64,000 bases of DNA from a virus: IMG/VR virus record IMGVR_UViG_3300042317_001497; one strand, given 5' to 3'. The notes under the pieces are model-generated. The model was not told the DNA's origin, searched no databases, and was given only the letters and a program-made list of their open reading frames with translations. The position numbers and the translations under genes were made by a program. Below are positions 1 through 9,297 of this stretch, in pieces. Position 1 is the stretch's first letter. Every line of letters begins with the position of its first letter.

Positions 1-2
1 AC

Positions 3-587
3 GGCAACTACGACGGCGTTCATTACTCGGCCTATCCAACAACGTTTGAAGGTTGGGATGCTGCGACCAGCACTTATTATTTTAGCGGCGTTGCTACTAC
101 GCTGGACAGTAGTGGAAACGGTAATTGGAACGGTATTGAATATATAAATGGACTTTCCGCTAGAACTTTATATTTCAATGGAGGAGTAGATAGTGACTGG
201 AATAATCTTAGTAATTGGTGGACAAGTAACACATACTCAACCCAAGCAGTAGCTTTGCCATCTAGTATAGATAGCACCGTAATGAGTGCGACGTGCAATA
301 CTAACAGCGGTAGTGAACCAACTGTTGTGAATTTGACCTATAGCTCTGGTAATCTAGGCATTGCTATTACCGTTACTGGCACCGCCACTTTTAAAGATAC
401 ATCATATAATGATAACTTAATAACAGGAGATGCTATATTTCTTGGAAACTCATACTTAACCGCTACAGCGCAAGTTACTGGATCTGCAACATTCAGAGAT
501 AATTCTTATAATCTAGCTAATTGTGGTTCTGTTATTGCTCAACACGGTGGTGGTATAAATGGTTCTAATATATTAGGTATTGTTTAG
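3..587 (+). CDS. C-terminal part of a virion fibre/adhesin-like protein with beta-solenoid-type repeats (gene starts before the window)
   Basis: Frame is open from nt 3 (GNYDGVHYSAY...LYFNGGVDSDWNNLSNWW...) to TAG at 587; it has repeated G-x-A-T/I-F-x-D/G-x-S-Y motifs. The ORF track starts it artificially at 255. Confidence 0.6.
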   Translation, partial: GNYDGVHYSAYPTTFEGWDAATSTYYFSGVATTLDSSGNGNWNGIEYINGLSARTLYFNGGVDSDWNNLSNWWTSNTYSTQAVALPSSIDSTVMSATCNTNSGSEPTVVNLTYSSGNLGIAITVTGTATFKDTSYNDNLITGDAIFLGNSYLTATAQVTGSATFRDNSYNLANCGSVIAQHGGGINGSNILGIV

Positions 588-631
588 CAAAATATTGTCT
601 ATAAGATGCTTTAAATAGGTCTTTATAAAAT

Positions 632-639
632 GGTGTATA
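632..639 (+). promoter_or_regulatory. GGTGTATA motif, candidate phage-specific promoter
   Basis: Intergenic, 51 nt upstream of the 683 ORF; the same 8-mer occurs at 4833, 9669, 56988 (-) and 63728 (-). Confidence 0.55.
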
Positions 640-682
640 TTATTATTATATAGTTTTTAAAAAAAATAATTGGAGACATATA

Positions 683-1006
683 ATGATTAAGCCCGGATAT
701 AGAACAAGCGAATTTTGGTTTACATTAGTAAGTTTTTTATTTAGTGGATTGTATCTTGTTGGACTATTAGAAGATAATGCTCAAAAAGAAAATCTTATAC
801 ATGAAACTAGCAGGGGGCTAGAAGCAACCATATTAGTTATGGGACAGCTAATAGTATTATTTAAATATATTAATGGTCGCACAAAATTAAAACAAACTTG
901 GTGGAGTACAGCAACACCAGAAGAGAGAAAAGTTCAAGATAAAATAAATAGGAGAAGAAAAAGTGTTAAACGTAATATTAAAAACACAACTAAACCAGCT
1001 AATTGA
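683..1006 (+). CDS. Small two-TM membrane protein, holin-like
   Basis: N-terminal KPGYRTSEFW motif, two hydrophobic segments, basic C-terminal tail; GGAG SD upstream. Confidence 0.5.
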   Translation: MIKPGYRTSEFWFTLVSFLFSGLYLVGLLEDNAQKENLIHETSRGLEATILVMGQLIVLFKYINGRTKLKQTWWSTATPEERKVQDKINRRRKSVKRNIKNTTKPAN

Positions 1007-1382
1007 TAATACTAAAAAAACTGTCAATAATATTAGTAATTTAGCACTACCAGAAGCATGGAAAGTTTTACAACTAGCCACTGTTGAGATTATTCAAAAT
1101 ATAGAAAATTACTATCCTAATTTAAAAGGATCTGATAAAAAAGTTATAGCGCTAGAATTAATTAGTGATTTTTACGATAAAGTATTCAATATAATAAATA
1201 TTCCATTTGTGCCAACAATGTTTCAGCCTATTATAAGAAAGTATATCAAAGCACTGTTAATGATTCTTGTGGGATCTACAATTGATGCATTGGTTACTAC
1301 TTTTAGAAATGCTGGCATTTTTGTTAGCGTTCCAACAGTTGATCCTTCGATAGATTTAATACCAAAAGTTTCAGACAAATAA
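963..1382 (+). CDS. Hypothetical protein, possibly membrane-associated
   Basis: 139-aa ORF, GTG start with GGAG SD at 951-954, hydrophobic C-terminal helix. Confidence 0.6.
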   Translation: MLNVILKTQLNQLIDNTKKTVNNISNLALPEAWKVLQLATVEIIQNIENYYPNLKGSDKKVIALELISDFYDKVFNIINIPFVPTMFQPIIRKYIKALLMILVGSTIDALVTTFRNAGIFVSVPTVDPSIDLIPKVSDK

Positions 1383-1397
1383 TAAAAGGAAAATAAA

Positions 1398-1796
1398 ATG
1401 AATTTTACCGAAAGTTTTCAAGAGTTTAGTAGTCGTTTAACACCAACAGATCTTGCACTATATGCAGGGGTTGGTTTAGTATTATGGGTCTTGTTTAAGG
1501 ATAAGCTAAGTCCTGTCCAGAAACTATTGGTTGTATTAGGAGAGAAAATTAAAGGATTAGTATCCCCGTCTTCTTCTGTTACACTTCCAGTTGTAGATTT
1601 ACCAAAAGTTAATCCTGTTGTACTACCAAAAATTGTTAATGATAATAAAGACGATATATTTTTTAAACTAGTTGTTAGCTGGAAACAAACAAGAGATTTA
1701 GCAGATCAAAGCGGCTGTGCAGAGGCAGTAAAAGTGGCTGATCAAATGTTCCCATTCCTATCCCCCAATGTTTGCAAAAAAGAGACCAAAGCATGA
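1398..1796 (+). CDS. Hypothetical membrane protein
   Basis: 132 aa; AAGGA SD; one TM segment (LALYAGVGLVLWVLF). Confidence 0.65.
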   Translation: MNFTESFQEFSSRLTPTDLALYAGVGLVLWVLFKDKLSPVQKLLVVLGEKIKGLVSPSSSVTLPVVDLPKVNPVVLPKIVNDNKDDIFFKLVVSWKQTRDLADQSGCAEAVKVADQMFPFLSPNVCKKETKA

Positions 1797-2284
1797 ATAA
1801 AAATATAATACTAGTATTAGCTGCATTATTGATTTTACTGGGTTTATCCACCAAATTTAATATTACTTCTTTAGTACCCAAAAATCCTAATGCTATAGAT
1901 GTTATGCAGTTAACTGAGCCATCTGATCCTAATGTTAAAAAAGAGGCTAATGATATTGTTGTTTTATTAAAATCTGCTGGTGGATCTAAAATTGATTTTA
2001 AAAAATTACGAGACTTATCATTAGATTTGGGGAGATTGGTACAATTAGACGGCGAAGATCTAGTGATAAAAAATACAGAAGAAATTCGTCAGGCTAATAG
2101 TCTAGCGGGAGTTATGTTAAAGCTTGATATCAAAGGTAAATATCCTAATTTAGCTAAAGAAGCTTTCGAAGTTATAGTAGCTAGTATTGGTGATGATAAT
2201 ATTCCATTAAGTCCAGAATTAAGAACTAAAGCTGTTGATGGTTTTAATAGTTTAGCATGGGCCTATAACGAAGCGAGTAAATAA
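1793..2284 (+). CDS. Hypothetical protein with signal peptide/membrane anchor
   Basis: ATGA overlap with the upstream stop supports a start at 1793 (MNKNIILVLAALLILLGLS). Confidence 0.65.
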   Translation: MNKNIILVLAALLILLGLSTKFNITSLVPKNPNAIDVMQLTEPSDPNVKKEANDIVVLLKSAGGSKIDFKKLRDLSLDLGRLVQLDGEDLVIKNTEEIRQANSLAGVMLKLDIKGKYPNLAKEAFEVIVASIGDDNIPLSPELRTKAVDGFNSLAWAYNEASK

Positions 2285-3210
2285 TGCCAAGACTAACTCC
2301 ACAAGAATGGTATAATAAGTATCGTCAAGGTTTCAGTGGGTGCATATTTGAACAGCACCATTTTGATCATTTAATGGAAACTCTTAAATATCCATTATTT
2401 GGAGATGCTAGTAAAAAAATTAATAACTCTGGTAAGGGTAAATTATCAATACCATACAAGAGTGTTTTAAAGTTTGAGAAAAATCCTTATAATGAAAGAC
2501 AAGTAGTTGGAGATTGTGTAAGTCATGGAACACGAAATGCTTGTGATATTAGTCGAGCAGTAGAAATAGATGTTCATAATGAAAGAGAAAGCTGGGTAGC
2601 CAAAGGAGCTACAGAAGCGATTTATGGAGCTAGGGGGTTTAGTGGCGAAGGTATGAGTTGTAGTAGAGCCGCTGAATTTGTTAGTAAGATTGGCGGAATT
2701 ATTGTGCGCAAAAATTATCCGGGCGTTGTTGACTTTAGTAAATATAATGGTCATCTTGGAGCAGGATGGGGAGGTAGAGGATTACCAGACAAAGTTTTAG
2801 ATCTAGCTAATGATCATCAAATTAAAACAACAAGTCTTGTTAGAACAGTAGAAGAAGCAAGAGACGCTTTAGCTAATGGTTATGGTGTTAATGTGTGTTC
2901 TAATTATGGTTTTAGTAGCACTAGAGATAAAAAAGGTTTTGCTAAACAGTCTGGAAGCTGGGGTCATTCTATGGCATGGATAGCCTGCGACGATACGGGG
3001 GACGAACCAGCATTTTTAGTACAAAATAGTTGGGGTAAGTGGAACGATGGTGGTCATCCAGAATGGGGGCCTATTCCAGATGGTTCGTTTTTAATACACG
3101 CAGATGTTGCGGCCGGTATGTTATCTCAAAACGGCTCATATGCTTTTAGTAATTTTGACGGTTTTCCTGTTCAAAAATTACCAGATTATGGTTTTGAGAG
3201 CTATCTATAA
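2284..3210 (+). CDS. Papain-like cysteine peptidase (C1 family)
   Basis: QVVGDC (oxyanion Gln, catalytic Cys), WGHSM (His) and QNSWG (Asn) appear in papain order. Confidence 0.8.
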   Translation: MPRLTPQEWYNKYRQGFSGCIFEQHHFDHLMETLKYPLFGDASKKINNSGKGKLSIPYKSVLKFEKNPYNERQVVGDCVSHGTRNACDISRAVEIDVHNERESWVAKGATEAIYGARGFSGEGMSCSRAAEFVSKIGGIIVRKNYPGVVDFSKYNGHLGAGWGGRGLPDKVLDLANDHQIKTTSLVRTVEEARDALANGYGVNVCSNYGFSSTRDKKGFAKQSGSWGHSMAWIACDDTGDEPAFLVQNSWGKWNDGGHPEWGPIPDGSFLIHADVAAGMLSQNGSYAFSNFDGFPVQKLPDYGFESYL

Positions 3211-4592
3211 TGACTGCTTATATTCAAAAAGATAGTAATAATAATTATTTAGTTAAAAATAATAACGGAACAATATTTGTACGATATGTTGGGCAAGATG
3301 GTGTGGCTCCTACTCCTATAGTTCCTACGGCCACACCAGTACCTCCAACCGCCACACCAGTACCTCCAACAGCTACGCCAGTACCTCCAACATCTACGCC
3401 AACCGCCACACCAGTACCTCCAACATCTACGCCAACCGCCACACCAGTACCTCCAACATCTACGCCAACCGCCACACCAGTACCTCCAACAGCTACGCCA
3501 GTACCTCCAACATCTACGCCAACCGCCACACCATCTCTTAATTGGCAAACATTTGGCCCATCATACTGGTCTACCTATCAGTCTAGCATAAACTCTACTA
3601 TTAGCACAGCTGTTGTTAATGATACATTGTCTAATGCTAGCGGATCATATCCTGGCAATAATGCTTTTATAGGAGGAGTATTGCTATCAGACGGAACAGT
3701 ATTTAGCGTTCCATTCAATAGCACATCAGCCAGACTATATAATCCTACCACAGATACTACTTCTGTTCCTGCTGGTAGCTATCCTGGTAACGGAGCATAC
3801 AACGGAGGAGTATTACTCTTAGACGGCACAGTATTTTGTATTCCAAGAGAATCTACTACAGCGCGTATTTATAATCCATCTACGGATACTACAACTACTC
3901 CTAGCGGTTCCTATCCTGGTAGTACAGCATTTTTTGGAGGAGTACTATTACCAGACGGACGAGTATTTATTGTGCCTAACAATAGCACAACTGCTAGAAT
4001 TTACGACCCAGTAACAAACACACTATCAACACCAGTAGGAACATATGCTGGCAACGGAGCATTTAGAGGAGCAGTATTATTACCAGACGGACGAGTATTC
4101 CTAGTTCCTAGTGTTAGCACTAGTGCTAGAATTTATGATCCAGTAACTAATACATTGACTACTCCTAACGGTTCATATCCAGGAGGTAGTGCGTTTAGAG
4201 GAGGAGTACTATTACCAGACGGAACAGTATTCTGCATCCCATCTAATAGTACAACTTCTCGCATATACAATCCTGTTAGCGATACAGTATCTACTCCAAA
4301 CGGATCATATGCTGGTAGTAGTGCATTTAACGGAGGAGTTTTGCTACCTAATGGTAAAATATACTGCATACCATACAATAGCACCACTGCTAGAGTTTAT
4401 GATCCAGTAACTAACACGCTATCTACGCCATCAGGCTCTAATACTGGTACTAATCTTTTTGCTGGTGGAACAGTACTGTTTAATGGTAAAGTTTTTCATG
4501 TTCCAAATTCGAGCAATACTGCCAAACTCTATGGAGGAAATACTGGGTTCGATTCAAATATAAGTCTTTCTGCATACTATAATAAATACTAA
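3210..4592 (+). CDS. Pro/Thr stalk plus seven-bladed Kelch-like beta-propeller protein
   Basis: Short N-terminus, (VPPTSTPTATP)n linker, then seven ~44-aa repeats GSYPGxxAFxGGVLLPDGxVFxxPxNSTTARIYDPVTNTLSTP. Confidence 0.75.
   Translation: MTAYIQKDSNNNYLVKNNNGTIFVRYVGQDGVAPTPIVPTATPVPPTATPVPPTATPVPPTSTPTATPVPPTSTPTATPVPPTSTPTATPVPPTATPVPPTSTPTATPSLNWQTFGPSYWSTYQSSINSTISTAVVNDTLSNASGSYPGNNAFIGGVLLSDGTVFSVPFNSTSARLYNPTTDTTSVPAGSYPGNGAYNGGVLLLDGTVFCIPRESTTARIYNPSTDTTTTPSGSYPGSTAFFGGVLLPDGRVFIVPNNSTTARIYDPVTNTLSTPVGTYAGNGAFRGAVLLPDGRVFLVPSVSTSARIYDPVTNTLTTPNGSYPGGSAFRGGVLLPDGTVFCIPSNSTTSRIYNPVSDTVSTPNGSYAGSSAFNGGVLLPNGKIYCIPYNSTTARVYDPVTNTLSTPSGSNTGTNLFAGGTVLFNGKVFHVPNSSNTAKLYGGNTGFDSNISLSAYYNKY
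3339..3533 (+). repeat. Coding tandem repeat of mixed 33-bp and 21-bp units
   Basis: GTACCTCCAACATCTACGCCAACCGCCACACCA exact at 3381, 3414, 3447 and 3501; 21-bp units at 3339, 3360 and 3480. Confidence 0.9.
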
Positions 4593-4602
4593 GGAGTTAA
4601 AT

Positions 4603-4824
4603 ATGAAAACATATGTACAAGATAATAAAGTAGCTATGGTAACTATCGTAGGAGATACTCATTATGTAGTATCTGTTTTTGCTTCTTTTGAAGCTATGCT
4701 ATCATCTCAAGAGCCTATTCAGACTCATACTTTGCCAGTTCCAGTAGATTATCAAGCTATAGAGGCCCTATTGGCGGGATGGACAGAGGTAGAAAGAGAC
4801 GATAATACTTGGGAGATCGTATAA
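4603..4824 (+). CDS. Small acidic hypothetical protein
   Basis: 73 aa; AAGGAG SD at 4591-4596. Confidence 0.65.
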   Translation: MKTYVQDNKVAMVTIVGDTHYVVSVFASFEAMLSSQEPIQTHTLPVPVDYQAIEALLAGWTEVERDDNTWEIV

Positions 4825-4832
4825 TTAAAATT

Positions 4833-4840
4833 GGTGTATA
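4833..4840 (+). promoter_or_regulatory. GGTGTATA motif, candidate phage-specific promoter
   Basis: Intergenic, 39 nt upstream of the 4872 ATG. Confidence 0.55.
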
Positions 4841-4871
4841 ATATATTGCTTTATAATAAACGAGGTAATAT

Positions 4872-5087
4872 ATGAATATTAGAGAAAGATTAGAAATTAG
4901 AGCTTTGATAAATTTAATCATATCTGTAGTTGAAAGACTAGTAAGTATTGTTGAGAAATTTTTACCTAAACAGCCAAGTAATAATCCTAAACCCTCTCCA
5001 AGTCCTGTTAGGCCACACCGCCCAAAACCATTGAAAACAGTAGTAGATACTATAAATAATATAGTTCCACTACCATGGAGAAAATAA
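4872..5087 (+). CDS. Hypothetical protein
   Basis: 71 aa; GAGGT SD; Pro-rich middle. Confidence 0.6.
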   Translation: MNIRERLEIRALINLIISVVERLVSIVEKFLPKQPSNNPKPSPSPVRPHRPKPLKTVVDTINNIVPLPWRK

Positions 5088-5441
5088 ATGAATAAAATTA
5101 TTGCACTACTATTAGTATCATCTATTTTTACAGCTAGTGGATACTACGGTTCGACAACCGCTCCAGTAACATTGGCTGGAGGTATTATTAAATCCAAATC
5201 AGTAGTAGAGATCACAAAAAAATATAAAAGAAAAGACTGTCCAGTGTGCAAAGGTGTCGGCTGGTATATGAGTGGAGATAAAATTAAAAAAATAGAGTGT
5301 ACATACTGTGAAGCAGATAAAGGGTCTGGTTCGATCTCTGTTGGAGAAATCATATCTATTAACCCAATCATTCAGTCTCCCAAAATTATTAATAGTTGTC
5401 CTAATAATCAGTGTCCACCAAAATCAATTCTTAGGAGATAG
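5088..5441 (+). CDS. Exported/anchored protein with CxxC...CxxC zinc motif
   Basis: Signal-like N-terminus; CPVCKGVG and CTYC motifs (DnaJ-type zinc-finger pattern). Confidence 0.55.
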   Translation: MNKIIALLLVSSIFTASGYYGSTTAPVTLAGGIIKSKSVVEITKKYKRKDCPVCKGVGWYMSGDKIKKIECTYCEADKGSGSISVGEIISINPIIQSPKIINSCPNNQCPPKSILRR

Positions 5442-5444
5442 TTA

Positions 5445-5843
5445 ATGGCTAATAATGATAAGCTTAAACTAATTGCTCTTAAAGTACTCAATAAAACATC
5501 TTTAAATAAAGACGACAAGTATGGCTTTGCTGTGATCACAATATTAATGATGATCAGTGTCATCCTTACCTGTATCAGAATTATACAAGAATGTAATAAA
5601 AATAAACTATCAAAAGACTGTTCATTAGAAGATAAATACTCATTATATGGAAAAGAAATAAAAGAATATAGTTTTCGTCAGGGGTGGTTTACGAAAATGC
5701 GTATTAAAAAAATACTCAGAAGAGAAATGAAACCAGAAGATTATGCAAAATATAGTCTGAGTATACTGTCGGCATTATTAAATACAGGAGAAACCCTCAC
5801 GGATGATGAAATTCAAACCCTAGTGGAGGCAGCAAATGTTTAG
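5445..5843 (+). CDS. Hypothetical protein with one TM segment
   Basis: 132 aa; hydrophobic FAVITILMMISVILTCI. Confidence 0.6.
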   Translation: MANNDKLKLIALKVLNKTSLNKDDKYGFAVITILMMISVILTCIRIIQECNKNKLSKDCSLEDKYSLYGKEIKEYSFRQGWFTKMRIKKILRREMKPEDYAKYSLSILSALLNTGETLTDDEIQTLVEAANV

Positions 5844-6084
5844 TATTTTAGTGTGGTGTGTATATGGTTTGTTTGTAGGTTCTATAGCTAAAAGTTTAGT
5901 CCCAGGAGAAGAAAACTTTGGTTTTGCTAAAACTGTGGCTTTAGGAGTAGCGGGTTCTTATATGGGAGGAGCTATCCTTTATTTAATAGGACAATACGAG
6001 GCAGTATCTCCTGCTGGCATTTTTATGGGAGTGGCAGGAGCGGTCGTAGCACTAGTTTTGTATAACAAACTCGTACAAAAATGA
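5836..6084 (+). CDS. GlsB/YeaQ/YmgE (transglycosylase-associated) membrane protein
   Basis: 82 aa, three TM helices, pattern GLFVGSIAKSLVPG...TVALGVAGSYMGG...GVAGAVVAL. Confidence 0.75.
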   Translation: MFSILVWCVYGLFVGSIAKSLVPGEENFGFAKTVALGVAGSYMGGAILYLIGQYEAVSPAGIFMGVAGAVVALVLYNKLVQK

Positions 6085-6123
6085 CCTTGCCAGTTCTTAT
6101 GATTTCTGGTATTATATGGAATC

Positions 6124-6591
6124 ATGAGACCAAACTGGACCAATTACTTTCTAGGACTAGCTAAAGTTGTATCTCAACGCAGTCATGATACGCATACTCA
6201 ACACGGATGCGTAATTACTGATCAAAATAATAGGATTTTAGGGGTAGGATATAATGGATTTCCAAAAGGGGTTGACGATAATAAACTTCCTACTGATCGT
6301 CCAGATAAATATTTTTGGATGGTTCATAGCGAACGAAACGCCCTGTCTAACTGTGTAATTAGACCGGATAATGGAATAGCATATGTTACAGGTCAATGTT
6401 GTAATGATTGTATAGTTGCTTTGTGGCAAGAAGGAATTAAAAAAGTATATATGATTGATGATCATGGGACCCATTTATTTGATAAAGAAGCAAAAAAAAG
6501 ATTTGACTTATTTATCTCAATGAGTAAAATGGAAATCCACAAAATCAAACCAGATCTTGAATGGTTACAAAATTTGTGTGGTGTATTATGA
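6124..6591 (+). CDS. dCMP deaminase
   Basis: GCVI...ILGVGYNGFP, HSE Zn/catalytic motif and CxxC (QCCNDC). Confidence 0.9.
   Translation: MRPNWTNYFLGLAKVVSQRSHDTHTQHGCVITDQNNRILGVGYNGFPKGVDDNKLPTDRPDKYFWMVHSERNALSNCVIRPDNGIAYVTGQCCNDCIVALWQEGIKKVYMIDDHGTHLFDKEAKKRFDLFISMSKMEIHKIKPDLEWLQNLCGVL
6580..6587 (+). promoter_or_regulatory. Variant motif GGTGTATT, candidate promoter for the RNR genes
   Basis: One mismatch to GGTGTATA; overlaps the end of the deaminase gene, 67 nt upstream of nrdB. Confidence 0.3.
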
Positions 6592-6646
6592 TACTACACA
6601 TGAACTTAAGCTTTATAAGACTCATTAACAATAAGAATAAATAATC

Positions 6647-7621
6647 ATGATTTTTCAAGAACAAATTACTAGAAAGCCAGACCATTATCCTTGGACTCAA
6701 GATTTTATTGAGGCTATGCATAATGGTTTTTGGACAGACAGAGAGTTTAATTTTCAAAGCGATATACAAGATTTCAGAGTAAATCTAACCGAACAAGAAA
6801 GACAAATTATTATCAGAGCCCTATCTACTATAGGTCAGTTAGAAATTTCAGTTAAAAGGTTTTGGGCCAAGTTAGGAGACAATCTGCCACACCCATCCCT
6901 AAATGATATGGGATATGTCATGGCTAATGTAGAAGTTATCCATGGAGATGCTTATGAAAGGCTATTAGAGGTACTAGGAATAGAAGATAGTTTTGATGAG
7001 ATTTTAAAATTGGATATTATTCAAGGTAGAGTTAATTATCTCAGAAAACATTTACATAAATTTCATACAGATAATAAAAAACAATTTATTTATTCGTTGA
7101 TCTTATTTACGTTATTCGTTGAGAATATAGCTCTCTTTTCACAGTTTTATACTATTGGCTGGTTTGGTAGATATAAAAATCTTCTTAAAGATACGAATAA
7201 ACAAGTAGAGTATACTTCCAGAGAAGAGAATCTACATGCTATGATAGGTATTAAAATTATAAATACTATTAAAAGCGAACACCCAGAATTATTTGATCAA
7301 GAGCTTCAAGATAAAATAGAACATGAGGCCAAAGATGCAGTTAAATATGAATGCCAAATTGTAGAATGGATAGTTAATGGTTATACTCATGAGAAATTAA
7401 ATTCTGATCTATTAAAAGAGTTTATTAAAAACAGAATGAATGATTCACTTAAACAAATAGGATACAACGCTATTTTTGATGTGGATCAAGAGATAATATC
7501 AAAAACAACATGGTTTGATGAACAGGTATTAGGAAATAATATGTCAGACTTTTTCCATTCGAGACCGGTGGAATACGCAAAATCTGCACAAAGCTTTGAT
7601 ATAGACGACTTATTTAATTAG
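6647..7621 (+). CDS. nrdB: Ribonucleotide reductase class Ia beta subunit
   Basis: Di-iron ligands in QLE, EVIHGDAY (includes radical Tyr), ENIALFSQF and REENLH. Confidence 0.93.
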   Translation: MIFQEQITRKPDHYPWTQDFIEAMHNGFWTDREFNFQSDIQDFRVNLTEQERQIIIRALSTIGQLEISVKRFWAKLGDNLPHPSLNDMGYVMANVEVIHGDAYERLLEVLGIEDSFDEILKLDIIQGRVNYLRKHLHKFHTDNKKQFIYSLILFTLFVENIALFSQFYTIGWFGRYKNLLKDTNKQVEYTSREENLHAMIGIKIINTIKSEHPELFDQELQDKIEHEAKDAVKYECQIVEWIVNGYTHEKLNSDLLKEFIKNRMNDSLKQIGYNAIFDVDQEIISKTTWFDEQVLGNNMSDFFHSRPVEYAKSAQSFDIDDLFN

Positions 7622-7638
7622 AATGGAAATTTAGAAAA

Positions 7639-9288
7639 ATGCATAAGAGATACTATTGGCTAAATTCTCATAGTCGTATTTTCTTAGAAAGAGGATATTT
7701 AAAAGAGGGGATTTCACCGGAAGTTAGAATAAGACAAATAAGCGAAGCCGCAGAAAAAATTCTGAATATTCAAGGATTTGCTGATAAGTTTGAAGACTAC
7801 ATGAGTAAAGGCTTTTATTCATTAGCCACTCCGGTATGGACAAATTTTGGTAATGATAGAGGTTTGCCGGTTTCGTGTTTTAATTCTTATCTATCTGATA
7901 CTATGGATAGTATTTTAACAAAAGTAGCAGAAGTTGGTATGATGAGCAAACTTGGTGGTGGAACTAGCGGATATTTTGGAGATCTTAGACAAAGAGGTGC
8001 TCCTATTAGTGTTGGAGGAGAATCTAGTGGTCCTGTTCATTTTATGGAAATGTTTGATAAAATAGCAGAGGTGGTTTCCCAAGGATCGGCCCGTAGAGGA
8101 TCTTTTGCAGCATACCTACCGGTAGAGCATCCAGATATTGAAGAATTTTTAAAAATCAGATCTGAGGGCCATAGCATTCAAAGTATGAGTATTGGTGTTA
8201 CTATTACTGATAATTGGATGAAAAGTATGATTCAAGGAGATAAAGATAAGAGAAAAATTTGGGCTAAAATTATACAAAAACGTTTTGAAACTGGTTATCC
8301 TTATATTATGTTTAAGGATACAGTTAATAATAATAGTCCAAAAGTATACAGAGACAAAAATCTAACTATTTATAGTAGTAATCTTTGTAGTGAAATAGCA
8401 TTAGCATCTGATGAAAATAATTCATTTGTTTGTGTTTTATCATCAATTAATCTATTACACTGGGATGAGATACAAAATACAGACGCTATACAAACTCTAA
8501 TATATTTCTTAGACGCTGTTAATGAGGAATTTGTTAATAAGACGCAAAATATTAAATTCATGGAAACAGCGCACAACTTTGCTAAAACACAAAGAGCATT
8601 AGGTATGGGTGTGTTGGGATGGCATTCTTTTTTACAGTCAAAAAATATAGCTTTCGAGTCTATGATGGCTAAATCACTAAATGTTCAGATTTGGAAAACA
8701 ATCAGAGAAAGAGCGGATCAAGCATCTGAGGAGTTGTCCAAACTATTTGGTGAACCAGAAATACTAAAGGGTTATGGTCGTAGAAACGTCACCACGCTAG
8801 CTGTGGCTCCTACTACGAGCAGTTCTTTTATTTTAGGACAAGTCAGCCCATCTGTAGAACCTTTAAATTCTAATTATTTTGTAAAAAAATTAGCTAAAGG
8901 CAGCTTTACATACAAAAACCCTTACCTCAAACAAGTATTAAAAAATAAAAATGAAGATAACGAAAATACTTGGAAGAGCATCCTAGTAAGAGGAGGCTCT
9001 GTACAACATTTAGATTTTCTTTCGCAAGAAGACAAAGATGTTTTTAAAACTTTTGGAGAACTAAGCCAAAAGGAAATAGTCATTCAAAATATACAAAGAC
9101 AGAAATATATAGATCAAGCGATTTCATTAAACTTAATGATTCCACCTAATTGTCCAGCAAAAGAAGTAAATGAATTAATAATATATGGATGGGAAAATGG
9201 TATTAAAAGTTTCTACTATCAAAGATCTTCTAATCCTGCACAGGAATTAGTAAGAAATATTTTAACTTGCAGCAGTTGTGAATCTTAA
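7639..9288 (+). CDS. nrdA: Ribonucleotide reductase class Ia alpha subunit, short form without ATP-cone
   Basis: PVSCF, SNLCSE (thiyl Cys), CVLSS, APTTSSS, FYYQR and C-terminal CSSCES; 549 aa. Confidence 0.93.
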   Translation: MHKRYYWLNSHSRIFLERGYLKEGISPEVRIRQISEAAEKILNIQGFADKFEDYMSKGFYSLATPVWTNFGNDRGLPVSCFNSYLSDTMDSILTKVAEVGMMSKLGGGTSGYFGDLRQRGAPISVGGESSGPVHFMEMFDKIAEVVSQGSARRGSFAAYLPVEHPDIEEFLKIRSEGHSIQSMSIGVTITDNWMKSMIQGDKDKRKIWAKIIQKRFETGYPYIMFKDTVNNNSPKVYRDKNLTIYSSNLCSEIALASDENNSFVCVLSSINLLHWDEIQNTDAIQTLIYFLDAVNEEFVNKTQNIKFMETAHNFAKTQRALGMGVLGWHSFLQSKNIAFESMMAKSLNVQIWKTIRERADQASEELSKLFGEPEILKGYGRRNVTTLAVAPTTSSSFILGQVSPSVEPLNSNYFVKKLAKGSFTYKNPYLKQVLKNKNEDNENTWKSILVRGGSVQHLDFLSQEDKDVFKTFGELSQKEIVIQNIQRQKYIDQAISLNLMIPPNCPAKEVNELIIYGWENGIKSFYYQRSSNPAQELVRNILTCSSCES

Positions 9289-9297
9289 GGAGAAAAA

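Noticed and set aside
3339-3533. 33-bp direct repeats resembling a CRISPR array
   Set aside because: The units abut with no unique spacers, are multiples of 3 and encode an in-frame Pro/Thr linker.
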